Below, one piece after another: positions 12,841 through 22,742 of a stretch of 24,283 nt of DNA. The stretch spans positions 1 through 24,283 of IMG/VR virus record IMGVR_UViG_3300035670_001209. One strand, 5' to 3'. The position numbers were made by a program, and so were the translations under genes. Within the stretch, counting starts at the first letter, position 1. Each line of letters starts with the position of its first letter. The notes below the pieces were generated by a model. The model was not told the DNA's origin and made no database searches. It was given only the letters and a program-made list of their open reading frames with translations. The stretch comes from a virus (taxonomy: Duplodnaviria > Caudoviricetes).

Positions 12841-14667
12841 ATGGCAAGATTATTCGTAACTGGCATAAATCTGAATAAAAATGAACTTCAGAATGCCAGG
12901 ATTCAAAACCTCAGCTCTGCGCCGTCAAGCCCAGTAGCAGGTCAAATTTATTACAACACAACAGCAAATGTCCTTTATTTCTATAATGGAACTGAGTGGA
13001 CACCAACTTCTGGTTCTACAGAAGTAATTCAAGATGTTATTGGTTCTTCCGTAATTGGTGGAACTGGTTTAACAGCAACATATAATGATACATCAGGTGA
13101 GACAACAATCGATCTTGATAATACCGCAGTAGCGCATGGTTCATATGGATCAGCAAGCAAAACTGTAACGTTTACAGTAGATCAGCAAGGCAGACTAACT
13201 GCAGCTTCTGATACAAATATTTCGATTACATCTACACAAGTAAGCGACTTTACTGAAGCCACACAAGATGCGATTGCCAGCGCTCTTACTGCAGGTGAAG
13301 GTATTGATGTTACTTATAACGATGAGTCAAATACTCTAACAATTGATGCAGAGCTCGCTTCAGATACTAATAAAGGTGTAGCATCATTTAGCGCAACAGA
13401 TTTTACAGTAACAACAGGAAATGTAGCTTTAAATCATGAGTCTGTACAAGACATAGTCGGTGCTATGGTTACAGGAAATACCGAAACTGGTATTACCGTA
13501 ACTTATGAAGATTCTGACGGGACTTTAGATTTTGCAGTAGCAGATCAGTTCCCATCACACACTACAACAGATCTCACTGAAGGTGCAAACCTCTACTATA
13601 CAACAGAGCGTGTACAAGATGAAATTAATAATACCATCGTAGCAGGAACTGGTTTAGACAAAACTTATGATGATGGCGCTGGAACATTTACAATTGATAT
13701 TGATTCAACTGTAACTACAAATTCTGGAACACAAACACTTACAAACAAAACATTAGGCGCAGGAACAGCTCTAAGTGCAAATCTAGATGCTGGTACAAAC
13801 AAGATTACAAATCTTGGAGCTCCAACAAACTCAACAGATGCCGCAACTAAGGCATACGTCGATGCAGTTTCTGAGGGACTTCATATACATGCTGCAGCTA
13901 GAGTTTACTCGTCAGCAAATATTGATTTGTCTACTGATCTTGAATCAGGAGACATAATTGATGGCATTACACTTGCAGCGGGAGATCGTGTACTTGTAAA
14001 TGGTCAAACCTCGCAGGCGCAAAATGGTATTTATGTAGTTCAAGAATCAGGTGCAGCAGTTCGTGCCACAGATTTTGATACACCGACAGAAGTTGCTTCT
14101 GGCGACTTTATTTTCGTATCAGAAGGTACATCTTATGCTAATACTGGATGGGTTCAAACAAATTCACCAGCAACCATAGGAACTGATGCAATTAGCTTTA
14201 CTCAATTCTCTGGTGCTGGTACTTATACAGCTGGCGCTGGATTAACACTAACTGGAACAGTATTTAGCGTAGATGTAACTCCAACTTCTGGAAATGCATC
14301 CTTAATTAATACTGGTGGTGCTACTGAAGTAAAAACAGATACTTCTCGTGGTCTTTCAGTAGATGCAAATGGTCTTGGAATTAATGCAGGATCTGGACTC
14401 GCATTTTCAGCTGGTGCCCTAACTCTAGATACAGCAGCTGGATTTGGAGTAGGTAAATATTCTACAGATATCGGAGACGGATCAGCGACATCTTATACTG
14501 TAACCCATAATAGGGCAACAAGAGATGTAACTGTTCAAATTTTTGAAAATGGTTCTCCATATGCTCAAGTAGAGGCAGACGTGAAGCATGCTACAAGCAA
14601 TACTGTAACAATAGAGTTTGCCGCAGCTCCAAGTTCTAACCAATATAGAGTTGTAGTAATAGGATAA
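12841..14667 (+). CDS. tail fibre protein
   Basis: 608 aa Thr/Gly/Ala-rich; repeated QD..G...AG.G....YND modules; KITNL..PT..TDAATKAYVD; GDRVLV..Q....NGIYVV domain. Confidence 0.8.
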   Translation: MARLFVTGINLNKNELQNARIQNLSSAPSSPVAGQIYYNTTANVLYFYNGTEWTPTSGSTEVIQDVIGSSVIGGTGLTATYNDTSGETTIDLDNTAVAHGSYGSASKTVTFTVDQQGRLTAASDTNISITSTQVSDFTEATQDAIASALTAGEGIDVTYNDESNTLTIDAELASDTNKGVASFSATDFTVTTGNVALNHESVQDIVGAMVTGNTETGITVTYEDSDGTLDFAVADQFPSHTTTDLTEGANLYYTTERVQDEINNTIVAGTGLDKTYDDGAGTFTIDIDSTVTTNSGTQTLTNKTLGAGTALSANLDAGTNKITNLGAPTNSTDAATKAYVDAVSEGLHIHAAARVYSSANIDLSTDLESGDIIDGITLAAGDRVLVNGQTSQAQNGIYVVQESGAAVRATDFDTPTEVASGDFIFVSEGTSYANTGWVQTNSPATIGTDAISFTQFSGAGTYTAGAGLTLTGTVFSVDVTPTSGNASLINTGGATEVKTDTSRGLSVDANGLGINAGSGLAFSAGALTLDTAAGFGVGKYSTDIGDGSATSYTVTHNRATRDVTVQIFENGSPYAQVEADVKHATSNTVTIEFAAAPSSNQYRVVVIG

Positions 14668-14668
14668 A

Positions 14669-15052
14669 ATGTCAAGAAAATTTAAGTCTTTACTGAACTT
14701 AGTAACACTGCCTTCCGATCCTAATGGGTCGGAAGGAGATGTGTTTTTTAATACAACAGAAAAAGCCTTAAAGATTCATAACGGAACAGAATGGTATACA
14801 ATCATTCAAAATACCGATCCCGCTCCATTTTATACTCATACACATACTTACGATGGAGATGTTCATACTGTTAATATTGGTGAACCAATAACTTTTAAAG
14901 AAATAAATAATGAAGATCCAGCGACTGTTCAGGAAGAAATTCCTGCTATAATTGGACTTGATGGAGGAGATGTTGCTGGTTCACAACAAGATGCAACTCC
15001 AACATTTGAAGAATTAACTCGCTTTGACGGGGGTAATGTAAGTGGCAACTAA
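14669..15052 (+). CDS. small tail-associated protein
   Basis: P..EGDVFFNT...HNGTEW motif shared with fibre N-termini; DGG motifs. Confidence 0.6.
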   Translation: MSRKFKSLLNLVTLPSDPNGSEGDVFFNTTEKALKIHNGTEWYTIIQNTDPAPFYTHTHTYDGDVHTVNIGEPITFKEINNEDPATVQEEIPAIIGLDGGDVAGSQQDATPTFEELTRFDGGNVSGN

Positions 15053-15569
15053 TTTTCCAAGTTCTTTAGACACACTGAACAATCCTCAATCTACAGACAG
15101 CCTAGAAGGACACGCTCAACAGCATACCAATGCAAATGATGCAATTGAAGCCTTACAGGCAAAAGTAGGTGCAAATAATTCAGCAGTAACAACAAGCTTG
15201 GATTATAGAATTGCTCAACTAGAATCTGGTGGAAATGTAGGAACAGAGTTAGGGCTAACTGGAAATAATGACTTAACTATAACTGGAATTGAAAATAAAA
15301 CAACAATTGATTCTTTTTCAAGATCTACATATAGAACAGTAACATACAGTCTGCTAATATCTAGGGGAGCTGAATATTATAGTTCTACTATTTTGGTTCT
15401 GGCCGACGGCACAGATATAAATATCTCTGAGTCAAACTTAATATCAAACACTTCAAATACTTTAGCAAATGTTACTTTTGAAGAAAATTCAGGTATAATT
15501 TCATTATGCGTAACTCCTGTTAGCTCTGCTGTTACAGCAAGATATTACAGGACTTCGCTTAAGGCATAA
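15042..15569 (+). CDS. virion structural protein
   Basis: MATNFPSSLD...HA.QH...NDAIEALQAKVG N-terminus; C-terminal domain like that of 15586..17340. Confidence 0.7.
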   Translation: MATNFPSSLDTLNNPQSTDSLEGHAQQHTNANDAIEALQAKVGANNSAVTTSLDYRIAQLESGGNVGTELGLTGNNDLTITGIENKTTIDSFSRSTYRTVTYSLLISRGAEYYSSTILVLADGTDINISESNLISNTSNTLANVTFEENSGIISLCVTPVSSAVTARYYRTSLKA

Positions 15570-15585
15570 ATAGGGGGTTGCAAAA

Positions 15586-17340
15586 ATGGCAACAGTAGAT
15601 AAAAACTTTAGAATTAAAAATGGTTTAGTTGTTGAAGGATCAACAGCTACCGTAAATGGATCAAATGTTCTTACAGAAGGTTCAACAGAATTTATTCAAG
15701 ACACAATGGCGGGAATGGTAGATGGTTCTCATACCAATTTAACCATTAGCTATAATGATACAACAGGAAAGCTAACCTTTACAGCAGAAAATGGTGTTGC
15801 AGATTCAACAACATCAGACCTTACTGAAGGTACAAACCTATATTTTACAGATGAAAGAGCAGTAGATGCAGTAGCAACAGCCTTAGGTAATGGAAGTCAT
15901 ACAAATGTAACTGTTACATATGATGATAATGCAAATAGCATTAGTCTTGCAGCCAACCCCGCATATACAGATGAGAATGCTCAGGACGCAGTAGGTAATG
16001 CAGTTGGAAACGGTTTAGATTATGATGATAACACTGGTGCAATTTCGGTAGATCCATCTGAATTTACTTTAAATCAGATCGGAACTGCGGCAGCAGATGT
16101 ATCTCTTGGTGGATTCAAAATTACAAATCTTGCAACACCAACAGCTTCTACAGATGCCGTTACAAAAGCATACGCAGATTCAATTGCAGAAGGTCTACAT
16201 GTTCATGCATCTGCAGCTACGGCAACAACTACAAATATTAGCATATCTGCAGATCTTGAAGCTGGAGATGTAATTGATGGTGTAACTCTAGTTGCTGGAG
16301 ACCGTGTTCTTGTTAAAGATCAAACTACTGCCTCTGAAAATGGTATCTATGTGGTACAGGCTTCTGGCGCAGCAGTTCGTGCTACGGACTTCGATCAGCC
16401 AGCAGAAGTTGACGGCGGAGACTTTATTTTCGTAACTGGTGGTACAGTAAACGATAATACAGGTTGGGTACAAACATCAACAGGTGTAACTACAATAGGA
16501 ACAGATCCTATATATTTCACTCAATTTTCTGGTGCTGGAACATTTACGGCAGGAAATGGTTTAACGCTTACAGGCAATTCATTTAGCATTAATACATCAA
16601 TTACTGCTGATTTGTCTACAGCTCAAACTCTTACAAATAAAACACTTACGTCTCCATTAGTAGATGGAAATGGAGTGGTATTTGAAGGAACAACTGCAAA
16701 TGAATTTGAAACAACATTAACAGTAACAGATCCTACAGCAGACCGCACAATTACTCTTCCAGATGTTACTGGAACAGTAATTACAAGTGGAGATACAGGG
16801 TCAGTAACTAATACAATGTTGGCAGGCTCAATTGCAAATGATAAGCTTACAAATTCTGCAATTACAATTAATGGAACTTCAACATCTTTGGGTGGAACAA
16901 GAACCCTATATACGGATGATATTACTGAAGATGGTTCACCAACAAATCTATGGTTTACCTCACAAAGGGCAGTAGATGCCTTGCAGGCAGTAGTTCCAGA
17001 CTTCACAGCAGTAGAAGTAAATGATATTGCTAGGCAGGTAGCTGCAACAGTGTCCTTAACAGATACTAATGCTACAACAGCATATTCTTGGGCAAAAGCA
17101 GATTACAGAGCAGCAAAGTTCTTGGTAAAATTTGCCTATGGAACCCATACAGAAGTTTCTGAAATTCTACTAAGCCTAGACACCTCAGACAACATTGCAA
17201 TAACAGAGTATGCAGTAGTAACTACAAATGGTTCTCTTGGCGATGTTACCGCAGATATTGATGGTAGCAATGTCAGGATAAGAGTAACAGCTGGCACGGC
17301 AACAACAACCTGCCATGTTGTTGGAACTCTAATACGATAA
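15586..17340 (+). CDS. tail fibre protein
   Basis: 584 aa; shares DLTEGTNLYFTDERA, KITNL..DAVTKAY, GDRVLVKDQ..NGIYVV and FEG...PTADRTITLPD modules with neighbours. Confidence 0.8.
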   Translation: MATVDKNFRIKNGLVVEGSTATVNGSNVLTEGSTEFIQDTMAGMVDGSHTNLTISYNDTTGKLTFTAENGVADSTTSDLTEGTNLYFTDERAVDAVATALGNGSHTNVTVTYDDNANSISLAANPAYTDENAQDAVGNAVGNGLDYDDNTGAISVDPSEFTLNQIGTAAADVSLGGFKITNLATPTASTDAVTKAYADSIAEGLHVHASAATATTTNISISADLEAGDVIDGVTLVAGDRVLVKDQTTASENGIYVVQASGAAVRATDFDQPAEVDGGDFIFVTGGTVNDNTGWVQTSTGVTTIGTDPIYFTQFSGAGTFTAGNGLTLTGNSFSINTSITADLSTAQTLTNKTLTSPLVDGNGVVFEGTTANEFETTLTVTDPTADRTITLPDVTGTVITSGDTGSVTNTMLAGSIANDKLTNSAITINGTSTSLGGTRTLYTDDITEDGSPTNLWFTSQRAVDALQAVVPDFTAVEVNDIARQVAATVSLTDTNATTAYSWAKADYRAAKFLVKFAYGTHTEVSEILLSLDTSDNIAITEYAVVTTNGSLGDVTADIDGSNVRIRVTAGTATTTCHVVGTLIR

Positions 17341-17354
17341 TTAAATAAAAAAAT

Positions 17355-17373
17355 AGTGGGCATATTGCCCACT
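17355..17373. terminator. intergenic hairpin
   Basis: AGTGGGCA-tat-TGCCCACT between two genes; no U-tract on + strand. Confidence 0.35.
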
Positions 17374-17397
17374 TAAAAGACGGGGGATAGGGAACTC

Positions 17398-17718
17398 GTG
17401 GCAACAACAAATAAGTCCTTTAGGGTCAAAAATGACCTATTAGTAGACGGTAATCAAATAACACTTGGTACTGCCCCCATTTCTTTTAATACAGCTACAA
17501 ATAAGCTTCAAATTTATGTTAATAATCAATGGCTAGATGTCGGCGACAGCAGCGATATTTCTTTTATGGATTTAGGGCTAGCAATTGATTATAATGGTGA
17601 GCCAATATATACAATGCAGGCTAATGGAGTTGAATCTACCGCTACAAAATTTGCAGACGGTGGCACCCCTTCTTCTACATCGTTTGCTGTAATATTTGAC
17701 TCAGGTAGCATATCTTAA
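17398..17718 (+). CDS. small tail-associated protein
   Basis: MATTNKSFRVKN N-terminus parallels MATVDKNFRIKN of 15586. Confidence 0.65.
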   Translation: MATTNKSFRVKNDLLVDGNQITLGTAPISFNTATNKLQIYVNNQWLDVGDSSDISFMDLGLAIDYNGEPIYTMQANGVESTATKFADGGTPSSTSFAVIFDSGSIS

Positions 17719-17746
17719 AAATATAAATGATATAATAGGAGTAATT

Positions 17747-19639
17747 ATGGCAACAGTAAGAATTCAAATAAGACGAGGAACAGCTTCTGACTGGTCTACC
17801 ACAAACCCCACATTAGCAGCTGGTGAAATCGGGCTAGAAACAGACACCCTTAAGTTTAAAATAGGCAATGGGTCTTCTGCTTGGAATTCAATTACTTCTT
17901 ATGCAAATGTTGTCCCAACAGACTTAAATAATACTCTTGATGGTTATCTTGAGACTGGAGACCTGGGCGTAACTGTAGCAGAATTAGTTGAGGGCAACTT
18001 GTATGTTCCAGGAACAGATATTGAACTTGCAGATACTCATACGGTAACCATTAGCTCTTCAAATGCCACAGATGATAGAACAATTACACTTCCAAATGCT
18101 ACAACAACTCTTGTAGGAACTGATACTACAGATACTTTAACTAACAAAACTTTAACAAGCCCAGTAATTACTGGTCTTACTCTTAATGATGGAAGCGTTG
18201 TATTTGAAGGCGCAGTAGCAGACTCATATGAAACCACTGTAACAGTAACAGAGCCAACAGCAGACCGCACAATTACTTTGCCAGATGCTACTGGTACTGT
18301 TGCCCTTACTTCTAACATCCCTTCCACTACAGATGGACTTTCAGAGGGAACTACAAACAAATACTTTACAGACGAAAGAGCTCAAGATGCTATTGGAAAT
18401 TCCGTTGGAAACGGATTAGATTATGACGATAATACAGGTGCAATATCTGTAGACCCATCTGAATTTGCGCTAAGCGCAGTAGGATCCCCTACAGCAGATA
18501 TAAATATGGCATCATATAAAATTACAAGTCTTGCAGCCCCAACATCTGCAAATGATGCAGCAAATAAAGCGTATGTAGATAATCTTACTGCTGGACTTAA
18601 TTTTCATGCTGCAGCTCACGCAGGAACGACTGCTAATTTAGATGCAACATATGACAATGGCACATCTGGCGTAGGTGCAACATTAACTGCCAATTCAAAT
18701 GGAGCTTTAGTAGTAGACGGACATACATTAAATGCTGATGAAAGAGTTCTTGTTAAGAATCAGACAACAGGGTTGCAAAATGGTATTTATGTAGTAACCA
18801 CCACTGGAGATGGCTCAACGCCATGGGTATTAACTCGTGCTACAGATGCAGACAATTCTCCGTCAGGTGAAGTTGCGTACGGAGACTTTATATTTATTCA
18901 GCAAGGATCGACAAATGCTGGTTTTGGTTACATTGTAAATACACCTGGAACAATTACACTTGGAACTACCTCAATTTCTTATGTACAGTTCAATGCTGGT
19001 CAAGTTGTTATTGCGGGAAGCGGTTTGACTGAGCCTACGGCTGGAACATTAGCCGTAGATACAACATTAATTCAAACTAGAGTCACTGATGTAAGTGATA
19101 CTGAAATTGGATATCTAAATGGTGTCACCTCAGCAATTCAAACTCAAATAGATGCTAAATTAGACTCAACTACAGCGGCATCTACTTATGCCCCACTTGC
19201 TTCTCCAACATTTACTGGAACAGTAATTCTACCAAGTAGTACTGTTACAAATGATATGCTTGCGGGATCAATTGCAAACAATAAACTTTCAAATTCATCT
19301 GTAACAATTAATGGAGAATCAGTATCTCTTGGAGGCAGCGTTACAATATCTGCTGCCCCTACTCCATCTGCCGTATCTTCAAATATTACGATGCAGGCAA
19401 ATTATAACTACTTTGTAGATACAAGCGCAGCCAGAACATTGACACTTCCAGCTACACCAGCATTGGGAGATACAATTGCAATATATGATGCTTCAGGAAC
19501 TGCTGCTACAAATAATATTACAATTTCTAGAAATGGAAATAAAATTAATGGCCAAACAGAAGATGCATTAATTGATGTAGATCAGGCGGCATCAGTCCTT
19601 GTTTATACTGGTGCTACAATAGGATGGAAGTTCGACTAA
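17747..19639 (+). CDS. tail fibre protein with Mtd-N/hyaluronidase-N-like N-terminus
   Basis: start reassigned to MATVRIQIRRG after AGGAG; RRGT...W...NPTLAAGEIGLETDT.KFKIG.G...W; C-terminal YFVDT...LTLPA.PALGD repeat-type domain. Confidence 0.82.
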   Translation: MATVRIQIRRGTASDWSTTNPTLAAGEIGLETDTLKFKIGNGSSAWNSITSYANVVPTDLNNTLDGYLETGDLGVTVAELVEGNLYVPGTDIELADTHTVTISSSNATDDRTITLPNATTTLVGTDTTDTLTNKTLTSPVITGLTLNDGSVVFEGAVADSYETTVTVTEPTADRTITLPDATGTVALTSNIPSTTDGLSEGTTNKYFTDERAQDAIGNSVGNGLDYDDNTGAISVDPSEFALSAVGSPTADINMASYKITSLAAPTSANDAANKAYVDNLTAGLNFHAAAHAGTTANLDATYDNGTSGVGATLTANSNGALVVDGHTLNADERVLVKNQTTGLQNGIYVVTTTGDGSTPWVLTRATDADNSPSGEVAYGDFIFIQQGSTNAGFGYIVNTPGTITLGTTSISYVQFNAGQVVIAGSGLTEPTAGTLAVDTTLIQTRVTDVSDTEIGYLNGVTSAIQTQIDAKLDSTTAASTYAPLASPTFTGTVILPSSTVTNDMLAGSIANNKLSNSSVTINGESVSLGGSVTISAAPTPSAVSSNITMQANYNYFVDTSAARTLTLPATPALGDTIAIYDASGTAATNNITISRNGNKINGQTEDALIDVDQAASVLVYTGATIGWKFD

Positions 19640-19651
19640 AAGGAGTAGTTA

Positions 19652-21022
19652 ATGACTATTAGAAAGTCATCTCTTCAGAAGTCTTCAGATTATTTAGCTG
19701 GAACTTCTGCACAGAGACCAGCATCGCCAGCGGAAGGTACTGAATACTTTAATACTTCTACTGGCGGATTGCAAGTTTATTTGAACGGACAATGGGTTAC
19801 ACGTCAAACACCGCCAGCTATTGTTGCACCAACTAGTATTGTTGCTACAAATTCTCCTGCAAATAGACCATATAATAATGGAAAAGCTTCCGTATCATTT
19901 ACACCATCTGAATTAGGTGGATTAGTTACAAATTATCAAGTAACTTCATCTCCTGGTGGATATGTAGCAAATGGAACATCTTCTCCAATAGAAATTACTG
20001 GATTGCAATCTAATACATCTTATACATATACAGTTTTAGCATCAAATTCATATTCTTCTGCAAATTCTTCAGCCTCAGCAGGAGTTACTGCAACAACTGT
20101 TCCACAGGCTCCAACAATAACTTCAGTAACCGCTGGAATGGGAGAAATTATAGTTGCCTTTACACCAAATGCGACAGGCGGAGAATCAATTACTTCTTAT
20201 ACTGTAACTTCTTCTCCAGGAGGATTTACAGCATCTGGATCATCTTCTCCACTGACAGTGACTGGACTTACAAATGGAACAACCTATACTTTTACAGTAA
20301 CAGCTACAAATAGCAACGGAACTTCAAATTCAAGTTCTCCAAGTAGCGAAATAATTCCTGGAACATTTACTGTTGAATATGCTGTTATAGCAGGAGGTGG
20401 AAGCGGTGCTCGAAGCATAGGAAGCCCTTGGGGATCAGGCGGAGGTGGCGGAGGAGGAGGATCTATAACTTCATCTACATTTGCAGCAGGCTCTAGTTAT
20501 ACAGTAACGATAGGAGCTGGCGGTGGCGGCGCAGATCCAGGTCCAGGAGGGACATCTTCTATTATTGGAGGCTCTTTAACGATATCTTCTGGCGGAGGAG
20601 GAAACGGTAGTGGAAGTACTAGCGCAGGCGGAGGGGGCAGTGGAAGTACAAATACTGGTGGCGGTGGAGGTAATGGTAGATTTATGAACGGTCAAGGAAA
20701 TAATGGCGGAGATGGATATCAAACTTCAATTTCTGGAACTGCTACTTATTATGGCGGCGGCGGAGCAGGAGCTGGATGGGGACCTTATGGTGATGGATCA
20801 CCTGGGCTAGGTGGAGGTGGAGCTGCAAATACTGGAGGCGGGGGCAACGGTTCAAGAAGTTCGTCATTTAATAATGGTGGATCTGGAATTATTATTTTAA
20901 AATATCCACAAGCTAGAACTATTTCTCTAGGGTCAGGAGTTGTTGGATCAACTGGAAGTGCTTCTGGTGGATATGTAATTACAACCATTACTGGGGGAAC
21001 GGGAACAATATCTTGGTCCTAA
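19652..21022 (+). CDS. adhesin/receptor-binding protein: two FN3 domains plus glycine-rich domain
   Basis: Y.VTSSPGG...ITGL...TSYTYTV.A.N twice; polyglycine-rich C-terminus ending GGSGIIILKYP. Confidence 0.8.
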   Translation: MTIRKSSLQKSSDYLAGTSAQRPASPAEGTEYFNTSTGGLQVYLNGQWVTRQTPPAIVAPTSIVATNSPANRPYNNGKASVSFTPSELGGLVTNYQVTSSPGGYVANGTSSPIEITGLQSNTSYTYTVLASNSYSSANSSASAGVTATTVPQAPTITSVTAGMGEIIVAFTPNATGGESITSYTVTSSPGGFTASGSSSPLTVTGLTNGTTYTFTVTATNSNGTSNSSSPSSEIIPGTFTVEYAVIAGGGSGARSIGSPWGSGGGGGGGGSITSSTFAAGSSYTVTIGAGGGGADPGPGGTSSIIGGSLTISSGGGGNGSGSTSAGGGGSGSTNTGGGGGNGRFMNGQGNNGGDGYQTSISGTATYYGGGGAGAGWGPYGDGSPGLGGGGAANTGGGGNGSRSSSFNNGGSGIIILKYPQARTISLGSGVVGSTGSASGGYVITTITGGTGTISWS

Positions 21023-21045
21023 TTAGGAGTAAAAGGATAAAATAA

Positions 21046-21393
21046 ATGGCACATTATGCATTTTTGAATGAAAATAACATCGTTACAGAAGTTATTGTTG
21101 GTATTGATGAAACTGAACTTATTGAAGGTTTAGATCCTGAAACTTGGTATGGAAATTTTAGAGGTCAAGTTTGTAAGCGCACGTCATATAATAACAATAT
21201 TCGTAAAAATTATGCTTCAGTTGGATATACCTATGACGAGTCTCGTGATGCATTTATACCTACAAAACCATTTAATTCATGGAGTTTAAATGAAGATACA
21301 TGTAGGTGGGAGCCGCCTATTCCTTATCCACAAGATGAAAATTATTACATTTGGTCTGAAGAAAATCAGAACTGGGAAATTCAAAGCGCTTAA
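21046..21393 (+). CDS. small tail-fibre-associated protein
   Basis: MAHYA...N.VTEVIV...RKNYA.VGYTYDE..DAFIP.KPF.SW; follows the Gly-rich adhesin gene. Confidence 0.65.
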   Translation: MAHYAFLNENNIVTEVIVGIDETELIEGLDPETWYGNFRGQVCKRTSYNNNIRKNYASVGYTYDESRDAFIPTKPFNSWSLNEDTCRWEPPIPYPQDENYYIWSEENQNWEIQSA

Positions 21394-21447
21394 TAATAAA
21401 TTTATTGATATAATTGCTATATATTATGGCAATAAAAGGAGGAACTT

Positions 21448-21924
21448 ATGGCATCGTATGCTGTAATTGAAAACGGAACAGTTATTAATGTAATCGTTGC
21501 GGAGTCAAAAGAAATCGCAGAACAAATTTCAGGAAAAGAATGCGTTGAACAAACTCACGAAAATCCATTGTCTCTTGATTGGTATTGGAGTGAGCAACAT
21601 TCTAAATATATTCCTCCCGCCCTTTTTCCTTCTTGGGTATATGATGGAACAACATGGGTAGCACCAGTAGAAATGCCAGTAGAAGAAGGAAAGTTTTTTA
21701 CATGGGATGAAACATCTGTTTCTTGGATAGCAAACGATATGCCTTCAGAAGAAGGAATTTTTGATGATGATGGAGAAGAAAAAACTGCAGAAGAATTAGG
21801 CCATGAAAAACCATTTGAGCAGTGGGTATGGAATGAAAACCAATGGCTCCCACCATTTCCAAAACCAGATGATGGACAAGAGTATGTTTGGTCTGAAAGT
21901 CTAGCAAATTGGCAATTAAAATAA
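21448..21924 (+). CDS. paralogue of 21046..21393 with duplicated Pro/Trp module
   Basis: MASYAVI.NG.VINVIVA; two PF.SW...W.PP..P......W.E....W repeats. Confidence 0.7.
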   Translation: MASYAVIENGTVINVIVAESKEIAEQISGKECVEQTHENPLSLDWYWSEQHSKYIPPALFPSWVYDGTTWVAPVEMPVEEGKFFTWDETSVSWIANDMPSEEGIFDDDGEEKTAEELGHEKPFEQWVWNENQWLPPFPKPDDGQEYVWSESLANWQLK

Positions 21925-21939
21925 TTTAATATTATAGCA

Positions 21940-21968
21940 TTGCTTTGTTTTAACAAATATTGTAAAAT
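21940..21968 (+). promoter_or_regulatory. promoter, leaderless transcript
   Basis: TTGCTT-N17-TAAAAT, 6 nt before ATG 21975. Confidence 0.65.
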
Positions 21969-21974
21969 ATATTT

Positions 21975-22688
21975 ATGTCTAAAATTATAAAATTTACTAA
22001 TATATTAGGTACAGAAGACATATTTCCTCCAGAACCAGCTAGTAAAAATATACCAGAATGGTATAAAAAACTAGAGTCATATGTTGGTGGAGAAAGAGTA
22101 GTTAAAGATCAACAGACAACTGCTACCATTAAAAGATGCATGCCCGTATTTGATGCCATATCTTCAGGATACATTATTAAAAGTCAGGCAGATGTCTATG
22201 TAACCCAACAGCCAAATGAAGATGGACTTATGGTGCCATTTTATCAGTGGCCAACTTTTAATATGATAGAGTTTCATACTGTTATTCAAGCTCCCAATCA
22301 TCCATTAAGAAGAACAATGCCAGAAATTTCTGCATATCCAAAATGGATGAACCCTTGGTCAATCTCCACAGAGCCTGGATATTCATGCATGTTTATACAG
22401 CCAATGCATAGAGAATCTGTTTTTACTATATTTCCTGGAGTAGTAGATACAGATAAATATATATCCTGTGTAAATTTTCCCTTTGTTTTAAATGATCTAT
22501 CATTTGAGGGCTTAATTCCAGCTGGTACTCCAATAGCACAGGTTATTCCATTTAAAAGAGATTCATTTAAAATGGAAATGGGGCAAGACATAGATAAGGC
22601 TTTAGTCGAAAAAAATGCCGTAAAGGTAAGAACTAGATTTTTTGACTCATATAAGTCTGGCTATAGAGAAGAAAAATCGTATCGATAA
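21975..22688 (+). CDS. conserved hypothetical phage protein (possibly DUF6065/dUTPase-like fold)
   Basis: IPEWYK, TIKRCMPVFDA...GY, KW.NPW.I.T.PGYSC.F, GVVDTD, IPAGTPIAQVIPFKR. Confidence 0.65.
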   Translation: MSKIIKFTNILGTEDIFPPEPASKNIPEWYKKLESYVGGERVVKDQQTTATIKRCMPVFDAISSGYIIKSQADVYVTQQPNEDGLMVPFYQWPTFNMIEFHTVIQAPNHPLRRTMPEISAYPKWMNPWSISTEPGYSCMFIQPMHRESVFTIFPGVVDTDKYISCVNFPFVLNDLSFEGLIPAGTPIAQVIPFKRDSFKMEMGQDIDKALVEKNAVKVRTRFFDSYKSGYREEKSYR

Positions 22689-22742
22689 TAATGGTATGCT
22701 ATAATTAGTTTATAAATTTGTTTGGCAGGAGGAACTTCAACC

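Noticed and set aside
15961-18466. Diversity-generating retroelement suggested by the Mtd-N-like domain and repeated DNA (15961-16065 vs 18361-18466)
   Set aside because: Differences are mostly synonymous third-position changes, not adenine-specific; both copies are mid-gene coding; no reverse transcriptase in the window
16288-22591. Minus-strand ORFs within tail genes (16288, 16623, 17136, 18037, 20785, 21555, 21698, 22298)
   Set aside because: Antisense shadows produced by biased codon use in the plus-strand genes
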